The notes under the pieces: generated by a model
Database searches by the model: none
The model's input: only the letters and a program-made list of their open reading frames with translations
Told to the model about the DNA's origin: nothing
In this document: one piece after another, positions 25,894-32,000 of the stretch
How the letters are laid out: every line of letters starts with the position of its first letter
How positions within the stretch are numbered: position 1 is the first letter of the stretch
Translations under genes and position numbers: made by a program
From: Pyrodictium abyssi
GTDB lineage: Archaea > Thermoproteota > Thermoprotei_A > Sulfolobales > Pyrodictiaceae
Assembly (NCBI RefSeq): GCF_036323395.1
Contig: NZ_AP028907.1
Location: forward strand, 2,190,001 to 2,222,000
Reading direction: 5' to 3'
Length of the DNA stretch: 32,000 nucleotides

Positions 25894-26238
25894 GCAAGAA
25901 TCCGCAGGAGTCCTCTGAATCCCGGCGGACCCGCCAAGCAATGTCTTCTCCTATTACATCCTATTACGTTAGATTGTACGAGAGTAATAATGGTTAGCTG
26001 TTCTCTAGCCTAGAAATTCAGTTCTTACTACCTCTTCCTTCAACTTAGTGGCTTCATTATACGCTATTGATATCACTATGGTCTGATTAGCTTCTCCCTC
26101 ACACCCGCTATGCCACATATTAGCTTGAGAAACTACATTGATGAAACTAAGCCATACTACTAAGTATCGGGGCTATATTTCTCTCCAGGTAATGCTAATT
26201 AGCTACATTACATAATGTGCTTCTACATTGTGAGTCCT

Positions 26239-26678
26239 TTATGTTCCTTTCACTGTTTTTAGCCAGGGGACTCTTCCAAAGTCTTCATCAAAGGTTGCTA
26301 TATTCTCTATACCGTAGGCTCTGCATGTAGCTGCTATCAAGGCATCATTTGGTAGTAATTTATACTTCGTCATATACTCTATCAAAGTATCGATACCTAT
26401 GCTAGTCGGTAAATGCTCGAAACATGTGAATAAGGGGTACACATCATGCCATAGTAGCTCTTTAACCTCATCTGTGTATTTGACTTATGTATTTTCTGAG
26501 CCTATACCTAGAAACATTAAGAGCCAGCCTTAAGTACCCGTAAACAACCTCGCTAACCACAACATCATTTATGTATCCTTTCCACTCGCCACGCTCAACC
26601 GCATCTATGAGTTTCTTAGCTTCCACACTACCGGCAAGATACTTGAGAAAGACGTTAGAGTCAAAAGAACACCCTCAT
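26239..26678 (-). pseudogene. vapC: vapC (PIN) with at least two frameshifts
   Basis: ATG 26678 gives MRVFF then TGA. Removing one T from the TTTT run (plus-strand AAAA 26663-26666) restores MRVFFDSNVFLKYLAGSVEAKKLIDAVERGEWKGYINDVVVSEVVYGYL.... A further frame change leads into the C-terminal ORF 26239..26442 (LLPNDALIAATCRAYGIENIATFDEDFGRVPWL). Confidence 0.7.
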
Positions 26679-26892
26679 TCTCAATCTCCTCGATAACCTT
26701 GTCGATGTCCTCGGGCTTCAAGTCAGGTTTCCTGCGGAGAAGGACGCCAAATACGTGAGAGGGTGCTCTACGGATAATGATCTCGATTTCTTCTCCCTCC
26801 CTGAGGTCTAGTTTCTCGAGAGGCTTTAGCACCCCTTTCTCATACCTCGCACGGATAACTCTAGACAACCTAGTTCTCACCTGCTTTCGCAT
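26605..26892 (-). CDS. vapB: DUF104-family antitoxin (C-terminally extended by read-through into the vapC remnant)
   Basis: VIRARYEKGVLKPLEKLDLREGEEIEIII is the DUF104 signature. At 95 aa the ORF is about 20 aa longer than its relatives and runs into the decayed vapC. Confidence 0.8.
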   Translation of the reverse strand: MRKQVRTRLSRVIRARYEKGVLKPLEKLDLREGEEIEIIIRRAPSHVFGVLLRRKPDLKPEDIDKVIEEIENEGVLLTLTSFSSILPVVWKLRNS

Positions 26893-27205
26893 TTTTTACC
26901 TATATAACCGGCTAGCCTCTGTCTCACTTCAAGAAACTTCTCCAGGTTATCTCTCATAAAAGTTTGACAAAGGACAAGCCTACCCCCGAGGTGGCTAGTT
27001 CTCCTTCACGGGTTCAGACCATCCTATATGGTGTGGCCATGTTTATTCCTTCTGCTTCATTCGGGTACTCCGGGGTTCTATGGACCCGGCAGGCCCGCCT
27101 GGTTCTCCTGATGAACTTGGGCTTCCTAGCGCTCATGTCTACGGCCTGAACTGTATGTAGTAATTATGTAGTACGTGTTAGACTCATACACCCTAGGTAG
27201 CCGTC

Positions 27206-27277
27206 TTAACAGTGGTGGTAGTGGTCTCTACGCTTGAAGGCTGCTATGATGACCCCGGTGTCTAGGAGTATGCTCAA
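27206..27277 (-). pseudogene. vapC: vapC remnant truncated after 23 codons
   Basis: TTG at 27277 overlaps the upstream antitoxin stop (TTGA). The frame reads LSILLDTGVIIAAFKRRDHYHHC, then stops. The rest of the PIN domain is absent and low-GC DNA follows. Confidence 0.5.
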
Positions 27278-27552
27278 CTGTAGAGTACCTCGTCGATTCT
27301 TGTGGAAGCGTCTTCGGGGCCTTCGAAGCTGTGCTCTTCTAGCAGCTTTTCGGCCTCCTTGGGGCTTAGTGGCTTCCAGCCGCCTTGGAGCTCTGCGATG
27401 ATCTCGTCTCTCTTTTTCGCGGCGAGTCTTAGGGCGGCTGCTAGTATGTCCTGTAGCCGGTAGCGCACCCCGGTCTCGAGCAGTATCCTGGCCTGTAGCT
27501 CTTCGAGGAGCTTCTTGGAGGCTGTATCCAGCTTTACGCTGGTCCCGGCCAC
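27274..27552 (-). CDS. vapB: ribbon-helix-helix VapB-like antitoxin
   Basis: 92 aa with TSVKLDTASKKLLEELQARILLETGVRYRLQDILAAAL (strand plus two helices) and an acidic C-terminal tail. It has a 4-nt overlap with the vapC remnant. Confidence 0.65.
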   Translation of the reverse strand: MAGTSVKLDTASKKLLEELQARILLETGVRYRLQDILAAALRLAAKKRDEIIAELQGGWKPLSPKEAEKLLEEHSFEGPEDASTRIDEVLYS

Positions 27553-28020
27553 TGCTCCACCCGGTAGAACACTCTACCCAGAGCCCCCGGGCTTTGGCCG
27601 GCGTGGCTGCTGTTGCGTCTATCATCAATACTGGTTATCGTGGTCTTGGTACCTATAAGGGCTCCCAGGGTCGGCGTGTAGTCCTTACGCCCCTCCATGA
27701 CTACTAGCGTGCTGCTACATGCTCCTAGATACTGAGCCCTCTTACAGGGCGCTACGTCTATAGAATACTGTTTCAACCCTAGTGCTTCATGATAGGCAGG
27801 GACTTAAGTAATGCCTGGTCCCCTAAGCGGGCTATCCTAGACAAGGTATCGGGGGTCTTTGTCGTTATTGCCCAAAATAGGGGGTCAACCCTGCTTTGTA
27901 TAGTGCGGGTCTTCGTGGCCAGAGGCCGGGGTCTGCGGATGTGTCCACGGGCCTCGGGGGCCTGCCGCCTATTGTAGTGTATACAGTTAACATTGTGGCT
28001 GGATGGCTAGCTAGCCTGGT

Positions 28021-28469
28021 TTAGCTGGTTACTAGGTTGCTTATGAGCGTATTGTAGTCTTCGTCGCTAAGTAGGTAGTAGGCTTCGACTCTGGCTTTTA
28101 GGGCGTTATACTTCATGGTCCTATCGTTGGTGACTAGGATTGCGTCGACGTGTTTGGCTGTTGCTATGTAGTATGCGTCTACTGCTCTGCACCCGGTGAA
28201 TAGGGCTATCTCCGCCGCCTTATCATGGATGGTTTCCTCTCCTACGACATCCACGAACTGGAGCGCCGTGTCTACTATCTCGAGAGCCTGTTCTGGCTTG
28301 ATCCTTCTCACGAGTACTGCTCGCAGCTCTACCTCGAAGAGGAAAGGCTCGTAGACGTAGAGGCCGAGGCTGGACAGCCTGTCGAGGGTGGCCCTAGCTC
28401 TCTCGTGTCTCTCTGGTCTCCCGAGGGTAGAGGAGGTAGTAGTCAGCGAATGACGCTAGTATCCACCAC
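28021..28469 (-). pseudogene. vapC: vapC (PIN) with two frameshifts
   Basis: GTG 28469 gives VVDTSVIR then a stop. A second frame gives ADYYLLYPRETRE. A third frame gives HERARATLDRLSSLGLYVYEPFLFEVELRAVLVRRIKPEQ...CRAVDAYYIATAKHVDAILVTNDRTM, which is track ORF 28021..28311 plus its open upstream extension. Confidence 0.7.
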
Positions 28470-28496
28470 GGCAGCCTGGATGGTTTCCCTCGGCAA

Positions 28497-28691
28497 TTAC
28501 CTCCTCTCCTCCACCAACTCCTCGACAACATCACGGTCTACCTTGAACCTGTATCTGCCTGCCTTCTCCCGGAACCCCATGAAGCTCCTCTTGACAACTA
28601 TGATCTCTAGCTCCTCTCCCTCTCTGAACTCAGCGTTGTCGAGAAGCCGCAGTATACTCCTCTCATACTTCACCCTAACCGTCCTAGACAA
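28497..28691 (-). CDS. vapB: DUF104-family antitoxin
   Basis: MSRTVRVKYERSILRLLDNAEFREGEELEIIV. The gene is intact and lies 27 nt upstream of the broken vapC. Confidence 0.8.
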   Translation of the reverse strand: MSRTVRVKYERSILRLLDNAEFREGEELEIIVVKRSFMGFREKAGRYRFKVDRDVVEELVEERR

Positions 28692-28730
28692 CCCGGCCTA
28701 TCCCACACATAGTGCTCTCCGTCAAGGCAG

Positions 28731-28937
28731 TCATAAGACTTTACCTTGAACGTAGCTATCGGTGCCATGATGCCGAGAAGGCTTAGGAAAGAGTAAAGAA
28801 ACATATGCCAAAATGCTTTCAATACTCGAGGTCGTAGCATCTACTACCCTGTCGTCCTCATCGATGCCGATAGCCTCCCTTACGGCCTTCGGAAGCATGG
28901 TGCACCCCCTTCCAACCCGGGGCCCTAGGGCTAACAT
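28731..28937 (-). CDS. possible AbrB/SpoVT-like antitoxin fragment
   Basis: MLPKAVREAIGIDEDDRVV resembles the (I/L)PKxxRExLGIxxGD strand-loop of AbrB-type antitoxins. Both flanks look non-native, so this is probably a remnant. Confidence 0.25.
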   Translation of the reverse strand: MLALGPRVGRGCTMLPKAVREAIGIDEDDRVVDATTSSIESILAYVSLLFPKPSRHHGTDSYVQGKVL

Positions 28938-29123
28938 GGCGCATCCAGGGCGGAAATCAGGCTAAGCAGTCGGCATAAACTGCAGCATCTCTGTGTACCT
29001 AGCCCCCTCTGCTGAGGACGTTACTGCACCCCCGGAATCCTCAGCCGATTATGGGCATGTCTACGATGGGCCTCAGAATGGTCTGCGAGGATACGGGCAT
29101 CATTCCCGGCACTGGGAGGGTTA

Positions 29124-29561
29124 TTGGGGTGTCTTGGTGGAGCTGCTGTTCTGGGCTCTGGGGCATTGGCTGGCGCAGCTGCTGTTGTGGATACTAGTGT
29201 GCTTCACGCGTACCTCGTGGAGGAGGATGTGCTCCACCCTGTGGCGGCTGGGCTGCTCGAGGCGCTGGAGGAGCCGGTGGCGCCGTCTATCGTGGTGCAT
29301 GAGCTTGTGTGGAGTCTGAGGCGGCGGCTCGGCCCTGGTGCTGCGGGGTCGCGGGTGGGCTGGCTGCTTGCTGGCGGGCTTCGGGTGGAGCCAGTGGTGC
29401 TCGGGGACGTCTGGTTCGCGTTGCGTGACCCCCGGCGCTACGAGGACCTGGTTGTGGTCGCTGTGGCCCGGAGGCTGGGGCTCCCGCTGGCTACGCTCGA
29501 CGAGGGTATGGCGAGGCTGGCATCCCGGTACGGCGTAGAGGTTCTATCCGCGCAGCGGTAG
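29124..29561 (+). CDS. vapC: PIN-domain toxin VapC
   Basis: AAAVVDTSVLHAYLVEED...SIVVHELVWSL...YEDLVVVAVARRLGLPLATLDEGM. The true start is probably the GTG just before VDTS rather than 29124. No convincing antitoxin ORF lies upstream. Confidence 0.7.
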   Translation: MGCLGGAAVLGSGALAGAAAVVDTSVLHAYLVEEDVLHPVAAGLLEALEEPVAPSIVVHELVWSLRRRLGPGAAGSRVGWLLAGGLRVEPVVLGDVWFALRDPRRYEDLVVVAVARRLGLPLATLDEGMARLASRYGVEVLSAQR

Positions 29562-29595
29562 GCGGTGGCCCTGGGCGCTGTGGAGGGGCACGTGT

Positions 29596-30237
29596 GTGGA
29601 GGTGGTGGGGCACCGTGCTAACACGGTGAGGTGGCTCCGCCGCCACCTCGCCTGCACCCGCAGCGTGGAGGTGGACGTGTACCTGCGCGGCGGCGTCCCC
29701 GTCGCGGGGCACCTTCTGCCCCGGGCGAGGCCGCTGCTCCTCCGGGAGAGGCTAGCCCGGCTCCTCGAGGGCCTACACTTCACCCCTAGCAGGCCGCTAC
29801 GAGAGCTGCTGGCCCATGTGCCGCCGGGGAGCATGGTTATGCTCGACCTCAAGGACCGGGTGCCCCCGCGGCTCCTCGCCGACTCCCTGGAGGGGGCTGG
29901 GGGCCTGGAGCTGGTGCTTGTCACGCGCTGGCACAGCGACGCCCGGGCGCTAGCCGAGGCGCTCCCCGGGGCGCGGGTGCTGCTGAGCATCGATAGCCGC
30001 CCAGCCGAGCCCCGCGTGCTGGTGGAGGCGGCGGGGGCGCACGGCGTCAGCGTCCGGGCCAGCTACGTTGACCGCGGGCTGGTCGAGGCCCTGCACCAGG
30101 GGGGCTACCTGGTTGCGGCGTGGACGGTGAACGAGCCCCGGGAGGCGCTCCGCCTAGCAGAGCTAGGCGTAGACATGATCGTGAGCGACGTACCCTGCGA
30201 GATAGCTAGGGCCCTATGGGCAGGGAGGAGCAGCTAG
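29596..30237 (+). CDS. glycerophosphodiester phosphodiesterase (GDPD) family protein
   Basis: VVGHRANT (GHRG-like), SVEVDVYL (ExD) and YLVAAWTVNEPREALRLAELGVDMIVSDVP (WTVN...GVDxIxTDxP) are GDPD hallmarks. Confidence 0.8.
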   Translation: MEVVGHRANTVRWLRRHLACTRSVEVDVYLRGGVPVAGHLLPRARPLLLRERLARLLEGLHFTPSRPLRELLAHVPPGSMVMLDLKDRVPPRLLADSLEGAGGLELVLVTRWHSDARALAEALPGARVLLSIDSRPAEPRVLVEAAGAHGVSVRASYVDRGLVEALHQGGYLVAAWTVNEPREALRLAELGVDMIVSDVPCEIARALWAGRSS

Positions 30238-30388
30238 GCGCGGCCCCCGGGTTGAATAGCCTGTTGCCGGCTTTGGGTCGGGAGCCGCCGGGCTCTATAG
30301 CGGCTGTGCCGGGCTTGTTGTAGCCGCAGCCTGGTATACCGTGTATAAAGTGGGTATGTTGTCTTCTCTTCCAGGGTGTGTACCGGGA

Positions 30389-30610
30389 ATGCAGGGTAGT
30401 GGTATAGTATTCCGGGTGAAGCTGTCAAGGAAGGGTGCTGTTTACCTGCCTCGTGACGTGCTTAGGCGTCTCGGCCTCCGTGAGGGCGACGAGCTGGTGC
30501 TCCGTCTCGAGGATGGGCGTATAGTGTTGATGCCGGTTTACGACCCTCTAGAGCTCGCCCTAAGGGGGCCAAAGTATGGCCGCGTAACGGTAGAGGAGCT
30601 AGAGGGGTAG
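30389..30610 (+). CDS. vapB: AbrB/SpoVT-type VapB antitoxin
   Basis: VFRVKLSRKGAVYLPRDVLRRLGLREGDELVLRLEDGRIVLMPV is the swapped-hairpin AbrB motif. The track ORF starts at 30341, but ATG 30389 (MQGSGIVF) is preferred. Confidence 0.8.
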   Translation: MQGSGIVFRVKLSRKGAVYLPRDVLRRLGLREGDELVLRLEDGRIVLMPVYDPLELALRGPKYGRVTVEELEG

Positions 30611-30612
30611 AC

Positions 30613-31058
30613 GTGGAGCACATACTGCTCGATACTAGCTATATACTGCCTACCTCGGCGTGGAGGTCGAGGGCGCCAGGCCAGCCCTTGAGAAGCTGAG
30701 AGTGCTCCGGGCGGAGGGCAGGATAGTACTCTACTACTCGGAGTTCTCGCTGCTCGAAGCGATAGCTAAGGCTGTAAAGCTTAACGTACCCCGGAGTGTC
30801 GTCGAGTACGGCGTTACAGCGATAACTGCTGGCTACAGGAAAGCCGGGCCCAGAGTCGAGGCGTGGCTCCTTGCAGCAGAGCTTCGCCGGGAGGGCCTCC
30901 GGGACCTCATAGACGCGCTGCTCTACGCTATGGCCTCTACTGGCAGGCTCCAGCTACTAACCAGGGATAGGCGGCTACTAGAATTACTAGAATTCCTCGA
31001 GGAACACGGATACCCTACCACTGTAGTGATGCGTGAGGAGCAGCTACTAGAGAGCTAG
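30613..31058 (+). pseudogene. vapC: vapC (PIN-like), apparently frameshifted after the N-terminal acidic motif
   Basis: GTG 30613 (3 nt after the vapB stop) reads VEHILLDTSYILPTSA and then runs out of frame. Track ORF 30660..31058 (VEVEGARPALEKL...LLTRDRRLLELL) is in another frame. A 1-nt indel near 30645-30660 would join them as ...DTSYILPxLGVEVEG.... If translation starts at 30660 instead, the product lacks the first catalytic Asp. Confidence 0.55.
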
Positions 31059-31101
31059 GTTATTAGCATGTGGCAATGCTGCAGTGTGGAGGAGGAAAGG
31101 G

Positions 31102-32000
31102 CTAGGTGATTATCTTCTCGAGTATGCCCTTCTCGGCTGCTTCGCGTAGCTCCCTGGCTATCCGGCGGCCCATGTACATCGGGTCCTCCCAGTAGAGGCT
31201 GGCGTAGGGCGTCTGGAGCCCGGTGTACACGTTGGTGCCGGCTACTATCCTGCCGCTGAACTCGAATATCTTGTACTCTAGGCTCTCGGTTACTATGCCC
31301 TCGAGGCTGTAGGGCCCGGCTGCGGGGTAGCCGGTGGCCCTCTCCACGGCCCTGGCGAAGCGCTCGCCGTAGTCTAGTACCCGGGCGAGGAGGCTTTCAC
31401 GCGCCACTATCGGCATGTTGGCTACCACGGTGTAGCTGGGCTCTAGGCCTAGCTCCTCCTGGAGCCGGGGCGGCACCCGGGCGAGCCCATCCACGTTGCT
31501 CTCTAGCCGGATGTCCATGCCGAGTAGCTCTACACGGCCGTGGACTAGGCTGTTGAAGTAGTGGCTGTAGAGCCGGACACCCACCACGTACTCCTGGAGG
31601 ACCAGGTCCCCGGGGCGGTAGCCCTGCTTCTCCAGCTCCGCGGCCACCTTCTCCACGTCGCGGGGGGCTGCTAGCCTGTAGCCGCGGCCACCCTTGGCGC
31701 CGGGGAGCTTGACTATCACCGGGACGCCTGCCTCGGCGGCCTCGCGGGGCGAGCTGAACCTCCTGGGCGTGTCTATCCCGGCGTCCTCTAGCAGGGAGAG
31801 CTTCCGGTCCCAGCTAGCCTCTATCTCAAGGAGGTACCGGTTGCCGAGAACCGGTAGCTCCAGGGAGAGGAGCGTCTCCACGCCCACGTACTCTATGAGG
31901 CTCGCGTGCGGCACGAGCACGGCGTTGGCCTCGCGGAGCTGCTCGACTACGCTGGGGGCTAGGAGGTCCCGCCAGGACTCGACCACTACTGCGCGGCTGT
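31102..32000 (-). CDS. purP: 5-formaminoimidazole-4-carboxamide ribonucleotide (FAICAR) synthetase PurP, N-terminus outside the window
   Basis: ATP-grasp protein with AVLVPHASLIEYVGVE, VIVKLPGAKGGRGY, LQEYVVGVRLYSHYFNS, ANMPIVARESLL and YKIFEFSGRIVAGTN, co-linear with archaeal PurP from about residue 90 onward. The frame stays open past the GTG at 31986 to the window edge. Confidence 0.85.
   Translation of the reverse strand, partial: SRAVVVESWRDLLAPSVVEQLREANAVLVPHASLIEYVGVETLLSLELPVLGNRYLLEIEASWDRKLSLLEDAGIDTPRRFSSPREAAEAGVPVIVKLPGAKGGRGYRLAAPRDVEKVAAELEKQGYRPGDLVLQEYVVGVRLYSHYFNSLVHGRVELLGMDIRLESNVDGLARVPPRLQEELGLEPSYTVVANMPIVARESLLARVLDYGERFARAVERATGYPAAGPYSLEGIVTESLEYKIFEFSGRIVAGTNVYTGLQTPYASLYWEDPMYMGRRIARELREAAEKGILEKIIT

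Noticed and set aside
25917-25936. A second tRNA 3-prime-end-like string (GAATCCCGGCGGACCCGCCA) shares AATCCCGGCGG.CCCG with 19260-19275. I considered it as an att pair flanking a 6.7 kb island.
   Set aside because: Only a 15/16 match, which is expected by chance several times in all-against-all comparison of a GC-rich 32 kb window. The second copy has no T-stem partner and no integrase is present. It is kept only as a weak hint.
26964-27149. A 61-aa plus-strand ORF, and a minus-strand MSARKPKFIRRTRR... fragment, in low-GC DNA.
   Set aside because: Both are short with no recognisable motifs, and there are conflicting frames on both strands.
27534-27977. ORFs 27534..27776 (-) and 27789..27977 (+).
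   Set aside because: No motifs. One overlaps the vapB start region. The composition is mixed and probably non-coding or remnant DNA.
1-32000. CRISPR array, rRNA, complete tRNA, transposase or integrase.
   Set aside because: No regularly spaced 24-40 nt repeats were seen. No full cloverleaf could be folded. No DDE, serine or tyrosine recombinase-like ORF was recognised in any frame.

Overview
GC-rich (about 60%) archaeal chromosome segment. Its codon usage (AGG/ATA/CTA-rich) and gene content (PaREP1, PurP, many DUF104-PIN pairs) suggest a hyperthermophilic crenarchaeon of the Aeropyrum/Pyrolobus type; this is inference only. The window is an accessory, defence-island-like mosaic, with high-GC backbone genes interrupted by low-GC patches at roughly 1.85-2.95 kb, 19.9-22.8 kb, 25.95-27.2 kb and 28.0-28.95 kb. 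Backbone genes are a sodium:solute symporter with a small membrane subunit, a wHTH regulator, a two-gene ABC importer lacking an ATPase, a GDPD phosphodiesterase and a partial purP. The most interesting locus is 3.8-9.1 kb. It holds a minus-strand operon (NurA-like nuclease, unknown 146-aa protein, HerA/DUF87-like ATPase) with no mre11/rad50 nearby. This operon is divergently paired with a short TGT/DpdA-like base-exchange enzyme whose stop overlaps an MNT-HEPN (MntA/HepT-like) pair. I propose this as a candidate undescribed defence or nucleic-acid-modification module. Other content includes about ten type II TA loci (PIN VapC with DUF104, RHH or AbrB antitoxins), of which five have a frame-broken or truncated toxin but an intact antitoxin. 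There is also one intact and one decayed TumE/DUF6516-like locus, and an orphan Cas6/RAMP-like protein next to a PaREP1 gene with no CRISPR array. A NucS-like PD-(D/E)xK gene carries two in-frame stops at expected Tyr/Trp positions. There are two HExxH proteins and a roughly 1.1 kb ORF-free stretch that begins with a tRNA 3-prime-half-like remnant. I found no rRNA, complete tRNA, CRISPR array, transposase or integrase. Many long ORFs in the track are GC-driven antisense or overlapping artefacts. All family calls rest on motif recognition by eye, not on searches.
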